This document shows positions 1-13,468 of a stretch of 64,000 bases of DNA, in pieces. How positions within the stretch are numbered: position 1 is the first letter of the stretch; every line of letters starts with the position of its first letter. A program made the position numbers and the translations under genes. This DNA is from the human T2T-CHM13v2.0 reference genome, Homo sapiens, in assembly GCF_009914755.1 (NCBI RefSeq), contig NC_060935.1; one strand, written 5' to 3'. Below the pieces are notes generated by a model. That model did not search any database, was not told where the DNA came from, and saw nothing but the letters and a program-made list of their open reading frames with translations.

Positions 1-413
<413 letters not shown>

Positions 414-429
414 AAATATACAGAAGAAT

Positions 430-1560
<1,131 letters not shown>

Positions 1561-1778
1561 AGGGCAAAAAAGAATGTTTTAGGTACTTTATTTTTAAAGA
1601 CATATGCAAGACTTATATATTTCAGAGAAAAACGTATCCGATTCACATGGAAGATACTATATTCCATGTACATTCTATACACTGAAGATTTCTGACACAT
1701 TGGCTATGTTTTTGAGTGTGTCTGTATGTGTGGCATATGTATACCAAGAATCCTTATAACAACTCTAAAATGTAGGTA

Positions 1779-2013
1779 CAGGTTGAACAACCCCTACACA
1801 AAATGCTTAGGACCAAAATTCAGATTCAGAATCTTTCAGATTTTGGAATAGTTACATTACACTTACTTACTGCTTGAGCGTTCCAAATCCTAAAATGTGA
1901 AATTGGAAATATTCCAATAAGAATTTCCTTTGAGTGTCACATGAGTACTCAAACATGCTGCAATTTTGGAGGATTTCAGATTTTTAATTTTTGAATTTGG
2001 GATGTTTGAACTG
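1779..2013 (-). mobile_element. Tigger4a/MER46A DNA transposon inside a MIR
   Basis: TA|CAGGTTGA...GAACTG|TA termini, ~235 bp, repeated TTTCAGATTTT motifs. Confidence 0.8.
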
Positions 2014-2634
2014 TATTATTTTATTACCTTCATTTTACAAATGATGTAATGGGTTTTGATAAGTTAAAAACTAGCTGATCACTTAGAAAATAATGGAGCT
2101 AGAATTTATGTCTATGCCTGTTGACTTTATAACACATTGTTTTAACTATTTCTTGCTGCCTCACAGCCCCTTCCTACCAAAAAAATGAAAGATACTACCA
2201 ATGTCCATGAAAACAAGAAGGGCCACCCAGACACAATTTGAACATCCAAGAGATATAGAATCTTACAGGAGTTGCCTTTCAAACTATACATTAACGAGCA
2301 TTCCAGGGAAAAGATGATTCAGCTCATAGAGACACAGAAGGTACAGTGTGTAGGTTATCTAGTACAAGTGTATTTACATTGCCTGAATATCCACCCCAAA
2401 TTATAGCTCATCAGATTATGAAGCCTAATCTGATGAGGCAGATATTAGCTATGAACTTAGATACCTGGAATACACTTTTAAAAAAATCATGACATAGAAA
2501 TGCGAAAGAACTGTGCCATTACTCAGATTATTATAAGGTTAAATAGAAAGTCATCTTACGTGCAATCAAAATACAAGAAATACATAGAGTATAAATTCCA
2601 AATAGACCTGAAAGGAATACATCAAATCTATCAG

Positions 2635-3830
2635 CATCACTCATGTGTTTTCTATAAATGTTTATTGAGTAGCACACCCTTCTATGCCCCAAGGATCCAG
2701 TTATGGACAAAATAGATATAAAGTCACATCATTATGGAGCCTGTATTCGAAGAGGGTTTGCGAGACAAGAAACAAAATAAATACGTAAAATATTGTGTGC
2801 TACATGGTGCTGAGTGTTTAAAAGCAAAAAAAAAACAAAATGCAGTGAAGCAGTATAGAAAGTGCCAGAGATATAGGAAATTTTGAGTAATGTGGCCAAA
2901 GAAGCATAAACTGAAAAAATAACATTTGAGTAAATAGCTAAAAGAATTAAAGGAATGAGTCATGCAGATCTCTAGAGAAACAACATTCCAGGTAAAGGAT
3001 AAAGCAAATACAAAGCCCCTAAGACAGACTTAATATTTAGTGTGCTGAGGAGTAGCAAACAGCCTCATGTGGCTGTAGAAAAGTTAAAATGCAGAGAAAG
3101 GAAGACATGGAGAACAAGAGGTAATGTGGTGATGTTGAACCTGTTTGGACTTTAAAAGACTTTGGCCTTAACATTTCATGAGAACGTTTTTCTGAGAGGA
3201 TTCCAACAGCGGAGGAACACATTCTACCTAAAATTTTAACAAGAATAAGGGCACGAAGGCAGAAAATGAAGAGAAAATTAGGAAACTTGCACTAACTTAG
3301 GTGAGAGAGATGATAGTCGTTGGATTGGAGATACGGTAAGTACAAGTGGTGAGAACTGCTGGGATTCTGAATATATTTTGAAGGTAGAGTGAACAAATTG
3401 GCTATTAGAGCTGACGTAGGATGTTGGAGAAAGAGAAAAATCAATGAGGACGCCAAGATTTTCAGCCCGAACACAAAAAGGATAGAGTCGCATCGGCTGT
3501 GGTGGAGAATGCGGCAGCAAGGATGTGGATGGAAACAACAAAACAACATAAGTTCAATTTTGATATATCAAGTTGCACATACTAGAAACTCAAGAAGAGA
3601 TCATTGAATGAGCAGGCAGATGTAGGGGGCTGAATTCTGAAGAGAGGTCTGAACAGGAGATAAAATGTGAAGGTGTGAGTATACAGAAGTCCTTTTTGTA
3701 AGCCATGAAACTGGATTAAATCACCGAGGAAGTGGAAAGAGAAAAGAAACTAGTGCCAGCGGTTGTGCCCCCGGGAATTCCAAGGTTCAATGGTAAGGAA
3801 TAATCAGCAAAGGAGACTGAACGATTTTTT
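2635..3830 (-). mobile_element. L2 remnant
   Basis: Begins with the antisense L2 tail (AAATGTTTATTGAG); L2 body motifs follow. Confidence 0.7.
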
Positions 3831-4304
3831 GAATAGAAACTTCCTTTTGTGAAGTGAGGAGAGAGAAGCAGTAAAATGTGAAGTATTCATGTTGTATCAT
3901 GCAGAAATAAAGGGACGGTATGCTTTGATTTTCTCAAGAAATATTATGGGTGGGCATGTATGCATACATAAAGACTGGAAACATATACATTGACATTAAT
4001 AGAGTGTTCTCTGGGTAGTAAAAATATAGTACTTTTAATTTTATTGTCTTCATCTGTGTTTTCTAAATTTATAAATATAGTAATACAACATATTTGCTAA
4101 TCATTAGTATTTTTAATTTGGAACTGAGGGATATGCTTTCTAAATTTCTGCAACTTTCTCCCTTGAGACCTTATCTCCTTCCATCCATTCCTCCTTGGGA
4201 GCCTATTAGTCAAGTTAGGCTCTTGTCCAAGTATACACTGTTTTATTCCAATGGCTTTGCACATGCTGCTTCTGATCCCTGATATGCAGTTGTTCCAATT
4301 GTCT

Positions 4305-4495
4305 TCATAGCAGAGTTGTTAAGAGCATGGGCTTGGAGTCCAATGACCTGAATTGGAATCCTGGCACAGCCATTTATTGGCGGTGTGTCCTTAGGCATTT
4401 AGCCTCTCTGAGCCTCATGCCTTTATTGGCAATTGGAGTGACAGCAGTACCTACCCCAAAGAGTTTTAGTGAGTATTGAATAAGCTAATATTTAA
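4305..4495 (+). mobile_element. MIR
   Basis: GTTAAGAGCATGGGCTTGGAGTC...CTCTCTGAGCCTCA core. Confidence 0.7.
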
Positions 4496-4934
4496 AAATA
4501 GTCCCTTCCTAAATTATTACCATATCCCTCACCTGGCAGTGTTTGCTCTATCCTCCAAGCTCACATGGCAATTTATTTATACTTTCTTATAGTATTCATT
4601 ACCAAGCTAATATTGTAGGATGTTTAAGGAAAATAGCATCACAAAACTAGAGAGGGCCCTGGAGATGATTCCATTTAACTGAGATCCATGGAAAGCAAAT
4701 GATTCATAGCAGACCTGGGACTTGAATTCAACAAAATGTCACTCAAAACACAATTTTAATCATAGTTTACAACTTGGTATCAGCTCTTATATAATTTTCA
4801 AAGCTTATAATATTTTATTTTTTATTTAAATAAAATTTTAATATGAAATCTCTCTCATAATATATTTTTATTTTCTTTGTATAATATAAATATCTTTCAT
4901 ATAAGTTCATTTGGATGATGGGGACAATTATAAC

Positions 4935-5140
4935 AACAATTAAAATATACAGAGGGCATATCATGTGTTGTTCACTTTGCTAAGTATCTCACATGAAATG
5001 ACATTTAGTTGTCATACAAACTGTAAAATAAGTTATGTATGCACATTTTACAGAGAAAAGAACTGAGGCTCAGAGAGAGATACAGAGGCTTGGCCCAGAT
5101 TCCCAAGCAAGTGGGTAGTACCAGAGCCAAGAGTCACATT
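4935..5140 (-). mobile_element. MIR
   Basis: CATTTTACAGAG...AACTGAGGCTCAGAGAG core. Confidence 0.6.
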
Positions 5141-6959
5141 TAGAACATTTATTTAATTTTATCAGTTGCATGGCATTCAATTATATGTGTGTACCAATAT
5201 TTAATTATTCCTTATTGTTAGATATTAAGGTTATTTATAGATTTGTCTTAATATCATAAACAATGTTGCATTTTGCTTGCTTTTGAAAGTATCTTTGTAG
5301 CACAATTATTTAAAGATGATATTTCTGGCATAAATGTTTCTCCTGGTTTACAACTGATGAATGTAGAATATAAAAGATGATATCAACTTCACTCCAAGAT
5401 CTGTCTCATTAACATCATCAATTCTGAGAACTATCCAATATTCTTTCTGTGAGGATCTACTCTCTCTTGCTTCTATATAAGTTCCTGAGTAAGGCCATTT
5501 CTCCTTGTGGTGAGATTTCTCCTGTGCAACGTCACCACAAGATTCATTCATTATTTTAACAAGTGTCTAGTAAAAGAAAAGATGAAGAAAAATACCACAA
5601 TACTTTATTTTCAGCGTAAAGAGCCTTTTTTCATTCTTGATCTCACATCTACCAAAAAATAATACTTCTAGAAATGTCTAAGAACACCAATTTCTTATAG
5701 TAGGAAACAAATTCTCAAGTAAAATAAATTATTTTCTTTAGGTTATAGCTTTTAGATGGTGGGGATAATATGTCAGTAGAAATAAAGGGGCAGGTTTATC
5801 CTGTAGATAATGGGGAGGCATTAATTCTTGTAATGATAAAAAAGCTTTTAAAATGTTATGATCTACAGTCTAATAATATGGTGACATTTAATTCACTAAA
5901 AAGTGGGTAAATGTATTAATAGTTTGATTATATAGTATATTAGTTCAAGTACCTATTTTCAGAAGTATGCTTTACTCAGTGTTATATTTGTGGGTCCTTA
6001 GCAGAGTAAATTAATTACTAGCACATTATAGAAAACAATAGACATATTTTAAATACATACAAAAGTATTTCACATCAGGTAACCACACACTCTCATATTA
6101 TATCCTAAATGATATGAAAAAGAGATATTGATGGATAAACTTTGCCATAAATTGCAATCTACACTATATAATCAGATTCACAGCTCACATTGTCCTTTAT
6201 TTTCAACAATCTTCTAAAATACTGACCATCTTTCTGGCACAGATGTCTCTTATATAACTTAATCTCCACACAAGCAAATCACACAGCTCAGGACATAAAC
6301 ACTAAAATGATTTCTTCTGCCTGATCAGTGGCCTCATCACAAACAGTCAGGGCTGTCAATATTGCATATGCCATCAATGCATCTGATATATTTTTCTGAA
6401 AACAAGTGCATACCACAGATAAGAGACAGTCTGAGGTGCAATGATACAGAGAACCCTGTAGTCTGAGGAAAGCTCCATTGTCATTACTATCTCAATCACA
6501 CATTTGTGACCCTGTAAACAAGAAAATGCAGCATCCCCACTGTTTAGCCCCACAAAATATAGGCCATATTTTAACTGAAACCCCCTCAACAAAAAAAGGG
6601 CCATAAAACACTATTGTACAAAGATGAAATCTGTAATTTTATCCATTAATTAAAAAGTTCTGGCAGTTCAATAGAGCTCACTAAATCATTGTAAATCATT
6701 TAAACAAGTGGTTTAGCAGTCTATGAAGACCTGGAACAGCCTTCTGCAGCAAAGCAATAAACATGATGCAATCCACTGTTAACTAGTCTCAGTTTAATTA
6801 TAAAGCAGGGGTTTTAGACTTTTACACATCCTGTAGCCTTCAGCTGATTTCTTGTTATTAAGGGTATACCTCTGAAGACTGTAAATCATTATTTATATAT
6901 TACATTACATATCATTAAATGCTTGAGACCGTGGTTTTACATTTCTATAACATGATCTC

Positions 6960-7200
6960 CACTTACTTATTAATACATAATATTTATAAAGTGCCTTCTT
7001 TCTGTTAAATAATGTATAATAATTATTTAATGTAAGACTCACAATAACCCTGTAAGGTAGGTATAATTACTACCTATGTTACTACCTCTAGAAATCGAAG
7101 TTTAGAGGTCAAGAATCTTCTCCAAAGTATCAAACCTACAATAAATGGCAGAACCAGGACATGAATCCAACTATATTTGGCTCCAAAGCCCAAACTTAAT
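6960..7200 (-). mobile_element. MIR
   Basis: CTCACAATAACCCTGTAAGGTAGG...GGCAGAACCAGGA. Confidence 0.55.
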
Positions 7201-7390
7201 AAACAAATAATGAGGTCTCCCCACAAAAAAAACCAAGTGAATTGGTTATTCAAACCTCATGCATTGATTGCAAAGCATTTTGGAGATTCTGCTTTCCATT
7301 AAATTCTTATGTAACGTACATAAATTCATCAGAAAGCATACAAACAAATCAAGTAAATATAGGAAACTCTGTTTCCTAGCATCATTTAGA

Positions 7391-7609
7391 TAAGGGTTTC
7401 TCAACCTGAGCACTATTGACATTTTGGAGTGGATAATCTTTTGTTGTGGGCGGATGTTGTCTGTGCACTGTTGGTTGTTTAGCAGCACCCCTGGCTTCTG
7501 TTCACTAGACGACAATGCCATCCCCTCCCAGCTCTGATAAACAAATACGTCCTCAGATATTAGCAAATGTCGCCTGTATGTCAAAGTCACTTCCAGTTGA
7601 AAAACACTA
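7391..7609 (-). mobile_element. MER20 (hAT-Charlie)
   Basis: AGGGTTTCTCAACCT...CACTATTGACATTTTGG...GTTGAAAAACACT, ~220 bp. Confidence 0.85.
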
Positions 7610-8863
7610 ATTTACATGAAAGTTAATCCTGGCAAGATCGACATAGTCATGAAAGAAGAGCATACCTAAGAGCCAATCATCTGGACCCATCAGTCTTAGA
7701 AATTCTCTACCTGAAACTTCCAAATAATGCTAAGGAGAGACGGTTGAAATAGGCTTGCCTTACTCAATGTTTATGCAGTTATTTGTCTGTATTATCTTGT
7801 TGAAAAGGTAGAAATTTCAATTTGAGAAAGACAAATTTAAGCTTTAAGAGTCAAGGTTGATATTACCTTACATTAAATATGCATAGTTCTAAGTATCACA
7901 AATTACAAGAAATGAATGTGAGGAGAGTATCCTACGATATACTTCCCGAATTCAAAGGCTGTTCTTGATAGGAAATGCAAAGTTTATTATAATTTTAACA
8001 AGACTGCAACAATAACGATAACTTTATAAATTAATTTACATGTTGATTTTTCATTTTATTTATTTTTAAACAAATGATATAATAGTGCATTATTTACTTC
8101 TATGTCTTTGAATAATTCTACATTACTATGCATTTAGACAAATTGTTTTTCAAAAAATATTTTTGATTATTCTTCTGTAAAATATAATGAATGTAAGAAG
8201 GTTGCATTATTAAAGTGCTCACTATTATCACTGTGATTACAAGTTTTCATTTTCCTCAGAACATTTATACTCAAAATTTTAAAACCCATGGCCTGAACCA
8301 GCATTATTGTGAACAACTAATCATTAGAGAATTTTTCTTGAATCTGATATATTTGCAAGACCAATAGAATAATATATACAGAAAATATATATTTTGCATC
8401 TAAGTCTTTCTTTTACACTTCTTCTACAGTCTGACTAAAAAAGGAGATATTTGAGATAGCAATTACGTATTATTTTGATTTCTGATTATCTTCAAGCATT
8501 TGCATGTTTATTTTAAAATATTCTTGAATATATGAGAAAAGTAGATATTTGCACATTCCCTTGCAGAGGAAGGGCTGCTGACTCAAAATTAGTAGAATTC
8601 AAAAAAATTGATATATGTTTGTAAGCTGTAGGTCAGTATCATAAAAGTTTGGAAATCAGATGATCCTAGATTTAAATACCGGCTTTGTCACCTTTGTTTG
8701 TACTGTGGGACATTGGACAAGTTATTTAATCTATGTTAGTATTATGTTTTATCATTAAAGTCATAAAATAAAAATAAGACACAATCCATAGGGCAGTTGA
8801 ACATTAAATGTAATAACATAGGAAACGCAGAAAACTCGACATCCAAAGGCCTGGGTAGGATTG

Positions 8864-9225
8864 ATAGTTTGCACTCTGTTCACTATGGGTCAGATACTTT
8901 ATTTTTTTAATTTATTTTTCTCTTTATGTCTTCTAAAAAAAATGGGATACATGTGCAGAATGTGCAGGTTTGTTACATATGTCTATGTGTGCCATGGTGG
9001 TTTTCCTTCTGCACCTATTGCTTTTTTTCTAACTTGTGCAATTTATTCATCATATTCACTCCATGCCATGTACTGCTATAACCCATCCCCCAATTTGAAA
9101 ATAGTGAAACTAAGGTACATAAATTTAAGTAACTTGCCTAAGGTCACACAAGTAGTAAGCCACAAAGCTGAGATTCAAACCCAGGCAATTTGAAGCCAGA
9201 GCCTGTACTTCCAACATACTACAAC
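8864..9225 (-). mobile_element. MIR interrupted by a short L1
   Basis: TTAAGTAACTTGCCTAAGGTCACAC...GATTCAAACCCAGGCA. Confidence 0.7.
8911..9020 (-). mobile_element. Truncated L1PA8-like 3' end
   Basis: ATGGGATACATGTGCAGAATGTGCAGGTTTGTTACATA...GCCATGGTGG; degenerate CTTT..TAA flanks. Confidence 0.75.
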
Positions 9226-9408
9226 TCACTGGAAACCACAGTAAAATAATCCCATAATGTTTATTGTTTAGCCACACCACAGAGTAAAGCAGCTCAAAAC
9301 AAAGGAAACACGGTAAATTTTAGTGCCAAACAAATCAAATCTCTCTCTTTTGCGTATGTATGTATATATATTTCCATTATTTTTGCCTTTTACATATATG
9401 GTAAATGG

Positions 9409-9446
<38 letters not shown>

Positions 9447-9452
9447 TATATA
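9409..9452. repeat. (TA)n(CA)n microsatellite
   Basis: Read directly from sequence. Confidence 0.95.
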
Positions 9453-12400
9453 TGAATGAAATATATGTTTCCTTATTTTGAAAATGGGGGATGGGTTATG
9501 GCAGTACATGTTATTGAATAAGTATAATGAATTAATTGCACAAATAAAAATAAAGTGACCCACAGTGAACACTGCATAAACTATGCACTGTTCTTTGACA
9601 GTAGAATAAAAAACGTAGTTTTTATAACTGAAAAGGAAAAACAAATAATGCCTTGTATTGTTGATATGATAATTAAATAAAATAACATACCTACTGCTTA
9701 GCATGATGCCTGACGTGCTTAATAAATAGTAGTTATTAGAGCAGGGATGAGTCTGCACCAAGACTTTTGCCTGATGGCCCTTCTGACAAAAGTTATATAT
9801 AGTTAAAAGATGATTCAGAAAGGTAAAATATAGATTTTCATCTCCTATGAATTTAAAGGAAATGAAAGCAAACCTATGCCTTAATGTTTTTTAGAAACAC
9901 ATTTTAAACAACTAAGATAAAGGAATATCAAGATACTATCTCATTTACAAATAATTGAAAATTCAAAACTAAAAATTGAAGTTTCTTTTCTTGGGTTATA
10001 TAAATACATCATGCACTAAAAATATTTCTTTTGATGCTCATGTCTTCTTATGTTCTCCTAAGCTTCACTCACTGACTAAAATGACTAGAATTAATATTTC
10101 TCTGAATATGAATATAACACATAACACATATTTCTAAAGTGCAGAATCTTCCTGCTTTGTAATAATACATCTTCAATATATCCAACCTCTAAACCAGCCA
10201 AATCAGCTTTATCATATAACATATATGTATATCAACATATATAAAAAGTAGTATCTAATATTTTATAAAGTTGGTTTATACATGATCTATCTATCTATAT
10301 CGAGATACACATAAAAGTACCTCACATGTACGTATACATAATACAATAAGAATGTGTAAGATAAAACATTTGTATATAGCTCTGTCTTCATCCCATGAGG
10401 ATAGAAAACCTGGGATAAAATTGGTATACAAATAAATACAATATTTTTAATGATCAACCTCATCTCACATTTTCTACTTGTAGTACCACCTACATTTTAT
10501 TGACACTTAATTTAGTTTCTCTAACCAAAATGATCATTCTGTAAAAGACAATATAGTAAGACTCCTATAAAATATTAAATGGGTTTTGGAAAGAAATAAG
10601 AAAAGTAGAATTATTAAAATGCTTTAGTCACAAAAGTGAGCACCTTTGATGAGGTAAGTCATTTTAACATGAAACACAACAATGTTAATAATCAGAGCCA
10701 AAATTAAAAATGGTATGTAGTTAATCAAGTATTCCCAAAGTCTGGATAGTTTTTGCTGGTTGGTTATAATAGATATGAGTGAATTTTTCAATTTCTCCCT
10801 GGGTGTTTGTCATCATGTCCATAAGGTATACTATAAAGTGATAGTAAAGGCCTGTGTCTACCTATGGAAGAAAAGTGAAAAACTTGGATTATTCAGATAC
10901 CAACTCCCTCTCCCAAATCATCTCGACACATCCTTTCATAAGTGAACATTGAAGAGTTTGGGCTTTTTGTGAGTGTGTAGCCCGCAGCCAAAACATTCCC
11001 GTGTGATAGCACAAACCTCTAGGGGTGCAATTAAAATATCTAGATTGTATATTTTGTCATGTGGAGTGTAAATGACTAGAGAAAGCTTTTTCTCTTAAGA
11101 GAAGCTGTTATTTAGGAAGTGCTATGTACATTTTTCTCCTAAGAAACTTGAAAGATCTGTCCAGAGTGCTGACAAGATTTCACAGGGAGAAGGCTGGAAA
11201 TTTGACGGGACGCACACTACTAACCCAATGAGTTCAGGACGCAGTATTTTCAAGTCCTAAACCAATGGCATGTTTAAATGGAAATAAACATGCATAAAGG
11301 ACAGAAATAGCCACAATTGATTCTTACATGTGTAATTACATTGAGGTAACTGAGAAATTAAAGGAGGAAACTCCCTGCACTCCATAAAGAAAACAGCATA
11401 AAGCACACCTAACAAGAGGTAGCATACCTGAACACTCCACAGCTGACAGTAGAATGTCATGCAACTAAGACTTCCACAGAAAACCCCTGCTTATGTCCCA
11501 CTGGAGGAAGGGCTGCACGTAGTCCTGGTCAATGCACCTTTGGCTGCTTCAAATGGCCAGTGCCCAGGATTAGAGACACAAATTAGCTCTAGCTTTGTCC
11601 TGAGAAACTCTGAACAATAAAATCCCATGTAGCGAATGGAGAAGAAGGTGAAAAGGAGAAGCTGCCTTCTCACTGGTCTGTATCAATTTCTTATTGAAAA
11701 AGTAAAGTATTGGAGACCCTATCTTGGTTACTCGATGTTAACAGTCCAGCTAAGGCAGCATCAAGATTGTGTCTAAATAAGCACAAGCGCTTGTTATCCT
11801 CTCCTAAATTTCCCTTCCACACAGCAACTCCTCTGAAAGGAAATGAGGGCAGCTGTAAATTCGAGTACCAGGTGAAAGAGCCCTCCAGGTGGACCTGTCA
11901 CTTCCCTGGAGAGGTCCTAATGCACGTTGGGCTCGGGCCACCGGCTAGCCTCCGCACTCACGGGCCTGCCCTGGGTTTTCTTCCCTAAGTCGCTGTAGCC
12001 TGGGCTTCCTCCTTGGCATGCCGCTCATGCCCCCGCCGTGGGATAACTAGCAGGCTTTGTGTTCGAGGGGAAAGATAAATCCATGGAAGAGGAAAGAGCG
12101 GGAGGGCTCAGGCTGGTGTTCAAAGAGAGGCAATATAGCCTGAGTGAAAGAGATGTGCTTTCAGCACCACCCGCTGTCCCCCCTCTTCCTGCAGCAGGCG
12201 CCACGAAGCGGCCCCTAACAGATCTATTGAAAAGCAATTCTCTGTCCTCTTTTCCTCTCCACCTTTGCTTCTCACAATTCCGAGCCCTCGGGTGGTTTGT
12301 GGGAGCACACTCTGCATTCGAAACCACGCGCACCTGGCCTTAGAGAGCGGGAACTCGGATGCGAAGGCATGCAGAATCTCCTTTTCAACCCTTGCAGCTC

Positions 12401-12620
12401 TTCCCTCCTTCACCCCATTGCTCGCGCCTTTTTCCCCAACAGGTTTAATTAAGGCTGTTCGCAAATGGAACAGACTTGAATCTTGTCGGCTTTGGCCACC
12501 CCTGCTCCACCCGCGTCCCCCTCCCCCAAACCACACTATGAGCTACTCAGCAAGCCTATAGATCCTAAATCCTTCTCTGGCCAGGGGACACTTGGGCACA
12601 CAGACACTTAGCAAGCTTAC

Positions 12621-12856
12621 CCCCCTGTTGGCTGCGCTGCGAGCAGTGAGACTCGGTCTAGCTAGCCCCCCGAAAAGTTGGGCCACGGGGATCAGCAGGG
12701 CAGAGCCGGCCTCTCCAGTCCCCGGCTTCCCCCCCAAGATGATCTCAAGCTCATTCCCTCCGCTCAGCGTGCGCAGAACAGCCGAGCTGAGGGCGGCGTG
12801 TGCAGCAATCTCCCCGCTACTGAGAAAGGGGGGATGGGGGGAAGGGGAGAGAGCGG
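12621..12856 (-). other. GRM5: Non-coding alternative first exon (downstream, exon IB-like) of metabotropic glutamate receptor 5
   Basis: Minus strand reads AGCTCGGCTGTTCTGCGCACGCTGAGCGGAGGGAATGAGCTTGAGATCATCTTGGGGGGGAAGCC...GCCAACAGGGGG|GTAAGC, matching my recollection of the GRM5 mRNA 5'UTR. Donor GT is at 12620-12619. The 5' boundary is estimated ~30 nt from TATAAATA (12879-12886). Confidence 0.85.
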
Positions 12857-12878
12857 AGGAGGGAGGGGTGGTAGTTTG

Positions 12879-12886
12879 TATTTATA
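12879..12886 (-). promoter_or_regulatory. TATA box (TATAAATA) of downstream promoter
   Basis: + strand TATTTATA, followed on the minus strand by a pyrimidine-rich start region and the exon. Confidence 0.7.
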
Positions 12887-13398
12887 GAGAACAGAGTTCT
12901 TTGCGCAACTTTTTGGTGCCACCAAGTGGCACAGTGAGTTCCTTTAGGAACATAGACTCCTGGGTGAATCTGGATGGGTAGACCAGCTCTGTCAACAGAT
13001 GCTCACATGGCAAGGGAGCTGGAGGCACTCCCAGGACTTACTTTTCACATGTTTACCGTCATATCTCAGCACCTGGGATACAAATCCCTAAATTCTAAGA
13101 ATAAACCTGTATTGAGTGAGAAAGGGCACCTGTGCCTTCCTCAGACAGGTGGAAGGAGTGTCAAGGACATGGTAGGTCCCAGTTGTCTCCTAGGAGTGTA
13201 GACATCCTTGTCTCAGGGGGAATATCCATTATCTTCTTCTTCCTAACCCCTCTGCCTAGATTACATTGCATTTATGTTTTACTCTAAAACCTTCTTCTTG
13301 CTGCCCTGACTACCTAATCTTTAAACTGGATTGGCACTTATTTTCCTTGCCACCAAACCTTCTTCCTCAATGCTAACCTTAAAAATAGCATATGACTT

Positions 13399-13468
13399 GT
13401 TCACAACGTGCAGGTTTGTACCCTAGAACTTAAAGTATAATAAAAATAAATAAATAATAAAACACTAA
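13399..13468 (+). mobile_element. Miniature L1PA insertion with 5' inversion
   Basis: Perfect 18-bp TSD AAAAATAGCATATGACTT (13381-13398, 13469-13486); GTACCCTAGAACTTAAAGTATAAT plus A-rich tail, preceded by an inverted 19-mer of adjacent L1 sequence. Confidence 0.88.

Larger units (their letters stand above)
11930..12935. promoter_or_regulatory. CpG-rich downstream promoter / 5' intron regulatory region
   Basis: Elevated GC and CpG; contains the exon, TATAAATA, TTGCGCAA and REST half-sites. Confidence 0.75.

Noticed and set aside
2407-2460. CTGATGAG as a hammerhead ribozyme core or snoRNA box
   Set aside because: No stem II followed by GAAA on either strand, and no C/D box architecture.
11883-11917. 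Interleaved inverted repeats resembling a pseudoknot
   Set aside because: Stems of only 6-7 bp with 0-1 nt connecting loops; sterically implausible and expected by chance.
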